Shown: piece by piece, positions 1 to 9,323 of the stretch | Numbering within the stretch: position 1 is the stretch's first letter | How the letters are laid out: each line of letters starts with the position of its first letter | Origin: a virus | Direction: 5' to 3' (one strand) | DNA: 64,000 nucleotides | IMG/VR virus record: IMGVR_UViG_3300031576_000006 | Location: 1-64,000 of that record | Translations under genes and position numbers: made by a program | Notes under the pieces: model-generated | What the model was told of the DNA's origin: nothing | Seen by the model: only the letters and a program-made list of their open reading frames with translations | Database searches by the model: none

Positions 1-361
1 TAAAACCACACAGGATGACACAGATATCCTGCGCAAAACCATCAATACAAAGCAATGGCAGGTAGTTCAAGATTTTGGATTATCCAATGCCTTGTTTAGT
101 TTAAGAAAGGCCTTAGAGGCCGGTACCCCATCGGCTGCTCCGTCTGCATTAGTAGGCGGCGCTGCACTTCAAAGCGAATCTCATCTAACACGTTTAGGAA
201 AGCTTATGAGCAAAAAGCCCATTCGCAGAGATTCTCTCAAGAAGTTATTGCCAAAGGCCACAGATGAGCAACTTGAAAAAGTAGAAGCCTATCTGAAAAA
301 ACTTCGTTTGAAAAAATACGAAGAGGTCGCTCAGATTGCTTTTGAGCAACTGATAAAATAA
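1..361 (+). CDS. C-terminal part of probable prohead (capsid maturation) protease; 5' partial
   Basis: Frame of ORF 92..361 has no stop back to the window start. It contains LRKALEAGTPSAAPSALVGGAALQ, nearly identical to the MCP N-terminus. The protease call is inferred from position; no catalytic motifs lie inside the window. Confidence 0.5.
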   Translation, partial: KTTQDDTDILRKTINTKQWQVVQDFGLSNALFSLRKALEAGTPSAAPSALVGGAALQSESHLTRLGKLMSKKPIRRDSLKKLLPKATDEQLEKVEAYLKKLRLKKYEEVAQIAFEQLIK

Positions 362-373
362 TTAGGATTCTTA

Positions 374-1816
374 ATGGATGGTCAGCTTAAAAAGCCGCTC
401 AAATTATTACTATTGCTTAGGGCTTTAAAGAAAGCTAATGGCGCAGCTGTAGCCTCACCCGCAATGCCTCCCTCTGAACCTCCCGCTAATCCACCTACTC
501 AAGATACTGTGGATAATACAACTAACATTCGCTGGTTTGGCACTATTTCGCAAAAAAAGAAAAAAAAGAAACGCGATTGGCTCACTACATCTAATGAGCA
601 AAATAAAGAGCTTTACAAATCAGCCATTAAGCGGCATTTTGAAGATATGGGGTATCTTGAAAAAGGATTGCACGGTAATTGGGAAGCTGAAGGTTACAAG
701 ATCAGTCATATTCCAAGAGATAATGGAGTCATGGAAATCCATGCTCATGCGCCGGACGGCAAGCACGTAGGGTATGCAATGATCTACCCTCACGAGACTG
801 AGCCTCATGCACTCATGCCTATGGTAACTTCTATTCGCCCTGAACATCAACGTAAGGGACTTGCCACTGCTATGTATCGCCATGCTGAAAACGTATCTGG
901 AAAAATGGTTTTACCTTCTACAGATCAAAGCCCAGACGCACAAAAATTATGGAATCAACCCAAAAGACCTTCCGGTAAGTCTGAACTTGAAAAAGGTCTT
1001 CATGGTGATTGGCAAAAAGAAGGATATAGAATCTCTCATTCTTTTCCAGAAGATTACTGTAAGGATTGCGCAATTCATAGTGATACTGAAATGAGAGTAT
1101 CCGTTACAAAAGATGGCAGAGAAGTTGCCCATGCTCATATAGGTGGAGGACATGAATCACATGATTTTTTATGGCCAAGGGGTATTAATGTAGACAAAGC
1201 CCATAGGAGAAAAGGGATTGCCAGTGCAATGTATCAACATGCTGAGAATTATTACGGGAAACATATAAAGCCTAGTGATGCTCAATCAGAAGATGCTATA
1301 TATCTTTGGGCTCAACCTAAGCGTCCATTTGGAAAGAATGATTGGCAAAAATCTTATCAGCTTCACAAAGAAGAAGTAAAGCAGCCGGAAATTTTACATC
1401 ATTATAGCCGTCAGGCTGGTCTAAAATCAATTGACCCTCGGCAAATGGGTATGGGTACATCTGGTGATTTTAATAAACGATTTAATCCATCTCAGATTGA
1501 AGATTTTCCACATACGTCCTTTCACTACATTCAAAATCAACCGGAAGATGTAGTTCGTCACGGAGCAGTTTCTAAGTATACCCTCAGGTTAGATCCAGAT
1601 AAGCATAAGCTGTACGACCTTTCTCACGACAAGGAAGGGTTGGTTCGCCAAGCTATTGATGAGAATCAAGGTGCCTGGAACTATGAGAACATGCTCAACA
1701 GGATCAAAGGTGCTGGCCATTACGGCATTTGGTCTAGTGCATCACAAAATCCTATTATAGCTAATACTGTACAATTGTTTCATCAACATCCAATAGAATC
1801 AGAAGAGGTTGCATGA
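374..1816 (+). CDS. Putative internal virion polyprotein: GNAT - GNAT - ADP-ribosyltransferase-like domain
   Basis: Two acetyl-CoA motif A copies (HQRKGLATAMY, HRRKGIASAMY), each preceded by LEKGLHG.W..EGY.ISH. C-terminal LHHYS...LYDL...IKGAGHYG resembles ART-fold domains of phage polyvalent proteins. Confidence 0.65.
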   Translation: MDGQLKKPLKLLLLLRALKKANGAAVASPAMPPSEPPANPPTQDTVDNTTNIRWFGTISQKKKKKKRDWLTTSNEQNKELYKSAIKRHFEDMGYLEKGLHGNWEAEGYKISHIPRDNGVMEIHAHAPDGKHVGYAMIYPHETEPHALMPMVTSIRPEHQRKGLATAMYRHAENVSGKMVLPSTDQSPDAQKLWNQPKRPSGKSELEKGLHGDWQKEGYRISHSFPEDYCKDCAIHSDTEMRVSVTKDGREVAHAHIGGGHESHDFLWPRGINVDKAHRRKGIASAMYQHAENYYGKHIKPSDAQSEDAIYLWAQPKRPFGKNDWQKSYQLHKEEVKQPEILHHYSRQAGLKSIDPRQMGMGTSGDFNKRFNPSQIEDFPHTSFHYIQNQPEDVVRHGAVSKYTLRLDPDKHKLYDLSHDKEGLVRQAIDENQGAWNYENMLNRIKGAGHYGIWSSASQNPIIANTVQLFHQHPIESEEVA

Positions 1817-4743
1817 AGGACGTAATTGGCCAACCACATTTTATATTTTCCGTAGAAAATGCGGCACATCCCCCTAAGGTTGAGTCGCCTACACACGAAG
1901 AGGCTTTGGAATGGTTGAGAAGGCAAGGTGAAGATGCCATTAGTGCTACGGGATATTACGACCGGCCAGAAAGATCTATTATTGTTTGCAATCCTAAAAA
2001 CATAGAAGGCTTGAAACAGCTAGCTCAGGATACTGGTCAAGAATCGGTAATCAACTCTGACGGACACAAACACGAACTACATTTTATAAATGGCGAACAT
2101 CAAGGCAAGGTTGTCCACGGAATCGGATCTGAAGTTTTTCCTCAGATGCCGCAAGGTCCATTTACTTCTTATATTGATGAACATAACGATCCTATATATT
2201 TTCGTCATAATTTTGATTTAGAGTCTATGGAAAAAGCTGAAGGCTTGAAAAAGCGCAAACGAGATCCCGGTCGTAAAGAACCGGCCATGCATGGACATCA
2301 CACCATTCCAGTAAAAGAGAGTGGATTGCCCGGCTTGGAATGGCATCTTAGAAATCTTTGGGAAACCCAAGAAAGCCCCGGAGGCTGGAGATCAATTAAA
2401 GAGATCCCAAGAGAACAGCATATAAAAATTCATGCAGGAAGACGAAGGAAGAAATTAGCAGCCTCTGAAGAACTGGAAAAAGCTCAGGAACCCAACGATC
2501 AGATTAGGCAGGTCGCCGATCAATATACTAAGTCTAAGGGATTACAAATACAACACAATCTTATGCCCATTAAGGCTAATCCTGAAAAATCTATTAGAAT
2601 TGCGCAGGCCTATCATGAAATGCCGCATACCCCAAATGATCCTGCAGTGCAAAGTGCATATGGTCACTTGATCAACGAAACAATGGATCAGTTTCAGCAC
2701 ATCAAAAATGCTGGCCTCAAAATATCTAAGATTCAATCGGGCGCAGAGAATCCATACAAAACCTCTAAAGATCTGTTTCATGATATTAAAAACAATAATC
2801 ACATGTGGTTCTATCCTACCGAAAGCGGATTCGGTACTGAAAATAAAATCACCGATCATCCTATGCTTGCTCCAACAAATGAAACACATGAAGGTAGGCC
2901 GCTATTGGCGAACGATGTGTTTCGAATTGTTCACGACTATTTCGGCCATGCCAAAGAGGGACACGGATTCGGGCCTAACGGTGAGGAGAATGCATGGCAG
3001 AATCATATGCAGATGTATTCTCCTGAAGCTCAAAAAGCTATGACTGCTGAAACAAGAGGTCAGAATAGTTGGGTTAATTTTGGACCACATGCAATACACA
3101 ATCGGGCAAATCCTTCACAGACTATTTATGCCGATCAAAAGGCCGGGTTACTGCCTGAATGGGCACTGTCTAAATCCGAAGATTTGAATAAAGGACCCCT
3201 TCCTTCTCTTGGTTACGACATAGAACGAGCAAAAAAAGAAAGTTTGCCAGACATAGCTCATAATGATGATTATATACACAAGAAATCAGTTAGATTGCCC
3301 AACGGCCTTGAATATCGAAAATACCAACATAAATTTGCACTACCTCATCAAGAAAAATTTGTACATACACTATTCGATCCTTCTGACAAACATGAACCGT
3401 TAGCGTATATGGAAACTTCTCACGATGAAGATGATTCTGGTTTCCATCCACATGCTGTAGATTGGTCTGAAGTGCAACCTCTGCATAGAGGAAAGGGATT
3501 AGGTCGCCAGCTTTATTTGGCTACTTTAGTTCACAGTACCAATAAGCTCACCTCAGATGCCCATATTTCCCCTGAAGCACATAGGATGTGGGAATCGTTA
3601 AAATCATATCCTGGGCTTCGTGCAAAAATACGTCCATATAAACATAAGGCCGATCCTTTTTATCGTCCTCCAATGAAGGATGATAAATTTTCTGAACGCC
3701 ATCACGTATATGTACGAGATCTCAACAAGCTCGATCACGCTAAAATGTTTCCTCCGGTGGATCTTTTCAAACTGGCCGCCTCCGAAAATGAAGAATCTGA
3801 ATTATTAAAGGCAATTGATGAAAAATCCTGGAATAGAATTCTTAAAACTCATAATAAGTCGGTTCGTGAGGACGTTGTTGATTCGGGCGGCCATATACGA
3901 TACTTCAATAATACGCACCCTGAATATCAATCACAGGTGCTCGATAGTAATAAAAAAATGAAATCTGATTCTTCTAGGGGTATGGGTTCGTTCCCTAAAA
4001 TGATTCACACACTCCCATCTCAAGAAGGTGAAATAAAATTTATGGCTAAGCCGTACCATGCTCCAATGGAAAGATGGGCTAAAAGTTGGACTAAACATCC
4101 CATTAAGGGATGGGCTACCTTAACTACTAAGAAGCTATTTGATGCGGCACAAATTCCTGAACTAGCTGAAGACATTTCGGCGCACGTCCATAAAGGTGTT
4201 CCGATTATTGTTAGTAGGTTTCATCCGGAAGCAAAAGAATCTTACAATACGGGTCCGAATAAATATACGCAGCCATTTACCCCTCCAGACGTTGCTAAAA
4301 TTTTAGTTATGGATTTTTTGACCAACAATCAAGATCGACATTCAGGTAATATTATGAGAATAAATGAGCACGAGCCGTTGGCAATTGACCATGAACGAAA
4401 TTTTCAATATTTTCACCGTAAGCCTGGATTTGACCCTAATATATCTCCATATCACGCCTGGTACAATTCAGGGTTTGCTGAACACAATAAACTGCTTCCT
4501 AATCAAATTGATACGTTCTCGGACCATTTAGTTGACTGGTGGGGCAAAGCACGAGATAATGTAAAGAAGGAGATGTATCATAATTTGAAATTTATTAAAG
4601 ATCCAAGCATTAATCGGCATATAGCGGGTAACTTTTATGAGAGGTGGAGATGGATAAATGACAGGATGGAATCAGATCCGTCTTTGATGTTTGACAAAAA
4701 TGTTCCGGGGTCGTATCCTTTGGGATATAGGAAAGATAAGTAA
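1813..4743 (+). CDS. Putative internal virion polyprotein: SAM-lyase-like - HDxxGH domain - GNAT - HipA/PI3-4K-like kinase
   Basis: Motifs GYYDRPERSII...LAQDTGQESVI; NDVFRIVHDYFGH...GEENAW; HRGKGLGRQLY; MDFLTNNQDRHSGN...IDHER. Linkers MEKA, LEKA, LSKS/LNKG, LLKA. Confidence 0.65.
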   Translation: MKDVIGQPHFIFSVENAAHPPKVESPTHEEALEWLRRQGEDAISATGYYDRPERSIIVCNPKNIEGLKQLAQDTGQESVINSDGHKHELHFINGEHQGKVVHGIGSEVFPQMPQGPFTSYIDEHNDPIYFRHNFDLESMEKAEGLKKRKRDPGRKEPAMHGHHTIPVKESGLPGLEWHLRNLWETQESPGGWRSIKEIPREQHIKIHAGRRRKKLAASEELEKAQEPNDQIRQVADQYTKSKGLQIQHNLMPIKANPEKSIRIAQAYHEMPHTPNDPAVQSAYGHLINETMDQFQHIKNAGLKISKIQSGAENPYKTSKDLFHDIKNNNHMWFYPTESGFGTENKITDHPMLAPTNETHEGRPLLANDVFRIVHDYFGHAKEGHGFGPNGEENAWQNHMQMYSPEAQKAMTAETRGQNSWVNFGPHAIHNRANPSQTIYADQKAGLLPEWALSKSEDLNKGPLPSLGYDIERAKKESLPDIAHNDDYIHKKSVRLPNGLEYRKYQHKFALPHQEKFVHTLFDPSDKHEPLAYMETSHDEDDSGFHPHAVDWSEVQPLHRGKGLGRQLYLATLVHSTNKLTSDAHISPEAHRMWESLKSYPGLRAKIRPYKHKADPFYRPPMKDDKFSERHHVYVRDLNKLDHAKMFPPVDLFKLAASENEESELLKAIDEKSWNRILKTHNKSVREDVVDSGGHIRYFNNTHPEYQSQVLDSNKKMKSDSSRGMGSFPKMIHTLPSQEGEIKFMAKPYHAPMERWAKSWTKHPIKGWATLTTKKLFDAAQIPELAEDISAHVHKGVPIIVSRFHPEAKESYNTGPNKYTQPFTPPDVAKILVMDFLTNNQDRHSGNIMRINEHEPLAIDHERNFQYFHRKPGFDPNISPYHAWYNSGFAEHNKLLPNQIDTFSDHLVDWWGKARDNVKKEMYHNLKFIKDPSINRHIAGNFYERWRWINDRMESDPSLMFDKNVPGSYPLGYRKDK

Positions 4744-5123
4744 TGATTACGATGATTGTCCATAACTTACATACAGGATCTTCAAAGCGATATGACTTTG
4801 AAAAGCTTTATGATTTCGATAAGGTGGTCTCCGATTACGGACCTGTGATCAATTCTATTGTAGGCGATGTCAAAAATTTGCGTACAGCTGTTGATCAAGT
4901 TGCTGAATATTTATCGAACCACCATTTATCTGCTGAAGTAGTAGACCCTGAAGATGCAGAGGAAATTTATGATCCAAATGTTGAAACTTTTACAGAATCA
5001 GATAAGAAGCCAGAGAAGGCCCTTGATCTTAAGGATGTTCTTGAATCTTATAATGAAGTAGAACATATTGATGTGCCGGACATGCACGTACTAGATTCCT
5101 CTACTCACCGATGGAATAAATAA
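4743..5123 (+). CDS. Acidic hypothetical protein
   Basis: 126-aa ORF coupled to the upstream gene by a TAATG overlap. Confidence 0.6.
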   Translation: MITMIVHNLHTGSSKRYDFEKLYDFDKVVSDYGPVINSIVGDVKNLRTAVDQVAEYLSNHHLSAEVVDPEDAEEIYDPNVETFTESDKKPEKALDLKDVLESYNEVEHIDVPDMHVLDSSTHRWNK

Positions 5124-5129
5124 CTTAAA

Positions 5130-7685
5130 ATGACCAACGATAAAAGAGAAAAACTTATTTTTGATCTCATCAATCAAGGCTCCTGGGATAAGGCCATTGA
5201 ACACGCTAAGGCTATGCCTAACAATTGGGATGTTTGGCAGCGTATGCCTTCTGCCGTTCCATTAGGAATGCCCGATCAAGCAATCAATAAGGTTTTAGAT
5301 CATTTAGGTCCGGAAGGACTGAAGCATTCGGGATTTTTATTTGAGATTGCTTCTAATCTGGGTATAAAACATGACACTGCAACAATTCGCCGCCTTGCTA
5401 ATTTATCAAATGACATTGATTCGTATCACGAAACTCAAAAATTTATCGAACACCCTGATTATGCAAAATCTCCAGAAGAAGAAGGTTTAGCCTATGCAAA
5501 TAATTTATGGAGTGATTATGAGCTTGCAGTAGATCCCGGCCATTTTGCTGCTGTTAAATCTATATACACAAGTAAGCCTGAAATTATTAAACATAGAGGG
5601 TTGGAAGGAAAATCAACGGATTGGAATAAAGCTATTCCACATCTTAGAGATTATGCCGCTAAAGTACAAGAAAAAATTATCAATGATGATAATGTTCGCA
5701 AACGCAATTACAACGGAGAACCATACATAAAGGTACACCGTGGAGTCGGCGGTCACTATTCTAAAATGTTGCGCGATGCAGTTAAATACAATCCTAAAAC
5801 TGGCGAATATGATTCAAAAAATATTACCGTACCCGCGATAGCTTTTTCTTCGTGGACCACCGAGCCGAACATAGCAAAGAATTTTGCCGAGCACCGCAGC
5901 GCGGATCTTTTGCCAGGGCATGGATTGATAATGTCTAAGTGGATGCCGGTTAAAGACATACTTCATTCTGGGTATCATAGAATGCTGCCAGAATTTCCTG
6001 GCAATCACCCCAATGAACAGGAACTTATTTTTGGACACCCAACCGGTCGAATGAAACTTAATCCCAATGAATTTCAATTTCAATATAAAAATAATAATTA
6101 TGATCCAAAGAAAGAGTATGGGTTTACGTCTAAAGGTTATGTGCCTGTAGAACATGAATTTAATTTTGATAAGGGCATTAAGCGAGAAAAAATTTCCAAG
6201 GGTATAAGGGATAAAGCACTACAGCTTGGCATTGCCACTGCCATGTTGGGCATGCCACAACACATGATAGATCAAGGTAAAGATCAATTTATTGAACCAC
6301 AGCAACAAACAGAACAAAAAATAAATCCATTGCCTGGATTAAAATATATTGAGATGGTCGAGAGTTCTGGCAATAAGAACACTAGACATCAACTTGTCAC
6401 CTCTGGAGTTAATGCTGGTACTCGTGCAATAGGCCGATACGGCATTATGCCATTACAGGCCATAGAGACTGTTTCGAAAGACCAGCAGCTTGCTCAACAG
6501 TATCCTGAATTTTTAAATTATCATCACGTCAGAGATCAGGATGCTATTTCTCAAAAAATACTTGGTAGTCGAGATGTAGAAAATTCTATAGCTAACTCAC
6601 ACTGGAAGCGCCTATACGATCGCTTTGATGGAGATGAAAGTAGGATGGCTCATGCTTGGAATAAAGGAATTACTGGCACCTTAAATACAGATCTTGATAG
6701 GCTTATAGATGACGACTATGTTAAAAAATATCACAGATATAAAAAAATGATGAATCTAGAACGCCGACCGGCTGAATTGAAAAAAAATGAATCCAAGCTG
6801 CCTCCTGAGATAACAACCATAAAACAATTTACGTCATTCGACTCCACTATTCCTGATAATCAACTTAAGGAAAAAGAAATCAATCAACTTATTGAAAACA
6901 GAGCATTTCATTCTGTTCCTGGCATGGGCAACTTTACTCACAGCAGTTTTGTGCTTGGTACCAATCACGATAATGCATGGCTTATCAAGGTGGAAGCTGG
7001 AAACCGTCCCGGCATTATATCAGCTAAGTCCGGCTTGCAATCTGTTAAAGAATCTGCATTCTACATAGTCGCAAGGGATATTTTTGGATTAGGTGAGCTA
7101 TTGCCCGAAGTTCTTCTGGGTGAGGTTATTTATGAAAACGATCGGAAACCGGCTGCTGCAATAAAAATGTTACCTAGTAGGTATAAACTTGCAGTGGAAC
7201 AAGAACGGGAGCGACCGGGCTCTATGCCAGCCATACTTAGTAAATATTTGAAATCCGGGCTACTTCATAGGGTTGCATTTATGCTTTATGCTTTGGGAGA
7301 TGGTGATTCTCATGGTCGTAATATAATGACGGATGGTCATTTTGTAAAATTTATAGATCATGGTTCCGGTTTTGCTAATGCAGACTTTAATCCCGCTACG
7401 GATCATAACATTTTTATGCCCTATATATTACGTGCTGGTGTTGTTAAGGAAAATATGTCGCCAGAGGAGAAATTGGATAAAATGCCGAAAATTGAGAATA
7501 TGGAAGTTAGAAAGAACCTAAGTGCTTGGATTTTATCGATTAATTCCCGTAGTTTAGCTCAAAAACTTAATAGTAAAGAGATAGACCCCCTTCCAACTGA
7601 GGGTCGTTTGAAAAAAATACAATCAATGGTAGCAGAGGGCATGGAGCCCGATCAGGCCATTAATCAAGTTTGGGTAAGGGGTTAG
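5130..7685 (+). CDS. Putative internal virion polyprotein: R-S-E type ADP-ribosyltransferase - lytic transglycosylase - HipA/PI3-4K-like kinase
   Basis: ART triad VHRG / FSSWTT / EQELI; SLT motifs MVESSGN...AIGRYGIMP...AWNKG; kinase motifs LIKVE...DGDSHGRN...FIDHG. Linkers ISKG, LKKN. Confidence 0.7.
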   Translation: MTNDKREKLIFDLINQGSWDKAIEHAKAMPNNWDVWQRMPSAVPLGMPDQAINKVLDHLGPEGLKHSGFLFEIASNLGIKHDTATIRRLANLSNDIDSYHETQKFIEHPDYAKSPEEEGLAYANNLWSDYELAVDPGHFAAVKSIYTSKPEIIKHRGLEGKSTDWNKAIPHLRDYAAKVQEKIINDDNVRKRNYNGEPYIKVHRGVGGHYSKMLRDAVKYNPKTGEYDSKNITVPAIAFSSWTTEPNIAKNFAEHRSADLLPGHGLIMSKWMPVKDILHSGYHRMLPEFPGNHPNEQELIFGHPTGRMKLNPNEFQFQYKNNNYDPKKEYGFTSKGYVPVEHEFNFDKGIKREKISKGIRDKALQLGIATAMLGMPQHMIDQGKDQFIEPQQQTEQKINPLPGLKYIEMVESSGNKNTRHQLVTSGVNAGTRAIGRYGIMPLQAIETVSKDQQLAQQYPEFLNYHHVRDQDAISQKILGSRDVENSIANSHWKRLYDRFDGDESRMAHAWNKGITGTLNTDLDRLIDDDYVKKYHRYKKMMNLERRPAELKKNESKLPPEITTIKQFTSFDSTIPDNQLKEKEINQLIENRAFHSVPGMGNFTHSSFVLGTNHDNAWLIKVEAGNRPGIISAKSGLQSVKESAFYIVARDIFGLGELLPEVLLGEVIYENDRKPAAAIKMLPSRYKLAVEQERERPGSMPAILSKYLKSGLLHRVAFMLYALGDGDSHGRNIMTDGHFVKFIDHGSGFANADFNPATDHNIFMPYILRAGVVKENMSPEEKLDKMPKIENMEVRKNLSAWILSINSRSLAQKLNSKEIDPLPTEGRLKKIQSMVAEGMEPDQAINQVWVRG
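7550..7574 (+). promoter_or_regulatory. Candidate late promoter motif (inside the 3' end of the 851-aa gene)
   Basis: TAGTTT-AGCTC-AAAAA-CTTAAT-AGT matches the 9-copy fixed-spacing consensus. Confidence 0.55.
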
Positions 7686-7883
7686 ATGGAAAAAATATGC
7701 AATAATTGCCAACTCCCTAAAGTTCTTAATTATAGTTACACTGGTTGGCACATAGATCACAAAAAAGCTCTTGCAAATTTTGATCTTACCGATCGTGAAC
7801 AATTTTTACAAGCTATGCATTATACCAATTTACAACCTCTGTGGGCAAAAGACAATATTAGTAAATTAAATAGGATTATATAA
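7686..7883 (+). pseudogene. Internally deleted HNH homing endonuclease relic
   Basis: N-terminal KICNNC is joined directly to GWHIDH...HYTNLQPLWA.DN. Same family as 23823..24569 but ~180 aa shorter. Confidence 0.7.
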
Positions 7884-8426
7884 ATGACAAAAAAAGATGT
7901 TTTAAGTTTGGAAAAAGTAGGCCAGTCTCAAGATGGCAGTGAGATATATCACGTACAGTCAAAAGGCGGGTTACATAAAATGCTCAAGAAGCGAAAGAAG
8001 GGTGACTTCTTTGTTCTTGGAGAAGGCAACCATCGTGCAGTTGCAAGAGTTCTTGCTAACAGAATGGAAAAAAATATACTGTGGCACGAGTCGTTGTTCA
8101 AATCAGAAGACGCCGAATATTTGAAAAAGGCAGAACGTGATAATATTATTCTTCCAGAATCAACTCCGGAAAATCATATTGCACAGGCCGTATGGCATTC
8201 GTACATATATAACAACGGCGATTCATTGAATCGTGTCTACCATAGCATGCAAGCCATAGCGCACTATGAAGCAGCGGGTTTAGACAACAAGCGTGCTCTT
8301 GAGGCAGTCAACACCACACTACAAAAATTGAATAAAAGTTATACTATGGATAAACCTTTCGAAGATACGCTTTTAAAAGTTGCGTGGGAAAAGAAAAACG
8401 GTAAGCCGTTTCCTTCTGGTGAATAA
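7884..8426 (+). CDS. Hypothetical head-associated protein
   Basis: 180 aa with LFKSE, LKKAE, LNKS motifs; lies in the late cluster. Confidence 0.5.
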   Translation: MTKKDVLSLEKVGQSQDGSEIYHVQSKGGLHKMLKKRKKGDFFVLGEGNHRAVARVLANRMEKNILWHESLFKSEDAEYLKKAERDNIILPESTPENHIAQAVWHSYIYNNGDSLNRVYHSMQAIAHYEAAGLDNKRALEAVNTTLQKLNKSYTMDKPFEDTLLKVAWEKKNGKPFPSGE

Positions 8427-9323
8427 ATGACTGATAGTTTTCAATCCAGCAGCAATAGAGATGGGCAAAAGCCTATTGACATTAAGTACAACGATCCATG
8501 GGAGCAGGTAAACAGTTCCGCTACTGCGTGGAATAATTTTGTTGCTGGCCTTGGATTGCGATTTCAGCACTGGGCATTTACGCCCTACGTTTTAGGCGCT
8601 ACGGATACCGGATCGTTGAGAAATTACGATGAACAGCGTGTAAAAAAATCTGACGATAAAACCGTTTATGATAATAATGGTATGTATCGTTATATGGGTG
8701 ATGTGTTTGTGATTTGGCAATCAAATTCAAAAAGAGAAGCTCAGCTACCTCCTGGGTATTATCCAGATTCAATTGCAACAATCACGCTCAATAGACATTA
8801 TATTGATACAACTGAAATTATTGGATTGAGTGAGTACGATAAATTTATTTTAGTGCTGAGGCCAGAAGACGATCCTCTTGAATTCGCTACGGTTAACTGG
8901 GAAGGGTATCAGCATAATCCTACCGGAATCGATAGATTAATGTTTAAAGCCGTAAGGGTGGATTACATATCAGACGCTAACGGCGTTGAATATATCGATG
9001 GTAAGGATTTTGTTGTTAGCGAGGGTAATATTAAATGGCTTCCAAATGGCACCCGCCCTGGATTCGATAATGCCTCCAGTGAAGGTGTAATTATGTCAGT
9101 AAGATATCGATATATTCCATCTTTTTACATAAAAAATGCCACACATGAACTTAGATCCCATTCGACCGTAAATCCCAATACTGGTACAAAGACGGCAGTT
9201 AGAATGCCGATGACTGCATCTGTTCAAATTGATTGGGTATTTTTACAATCTCTGAAGAATCAAGAAAAAGGCGGCGATTCCAGTAAGAACGTTGGCACTG
9301 GCGGGAACATGGGAAGTCGATAA
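8427..9323 (+). CDS. Probable neck/head-closure structural protein
   Basis: 298-aa beta-rich protein; Y..G.DF.V..G.I.W...RP...SVRY.Y.P pattern recalls large-myovirus neck proteins; context. Confidence 0.5.
   Translation: MTDSFQSSSNRDGQKPIDIKYNDPWEQVNSSATAWNNFVAGLGLRFQHWAFTPYVLGATDTGSLRNYDEQRVKKSDDKTVYDNNGMYRYMGDVFVIWQSNSKREAQLPPGYYPDSIATITLNRHYIDTTEIIGLSEYDKFILVLRPEDDPLEFATVNWEGYQHNPTGIDRLMFKAVRVDYISDANGVEYIDGKDFVVSEGNIKWLPNGTRPGFDNASSEGVIMSVRYRYIPSFYIKNATHELRSHSTVNPNTGTKTAVRMPMTASVQIDWVFLQSLKNQEKGGDSSKNVGTGGNMGSR

Noticed and set aside
552-571. A-rich run as a slippage or phase-variation site
   Set aside because: The run is interrupted by G residues and encodes an in-frame poly-Lys stretch; the frame stays intact.
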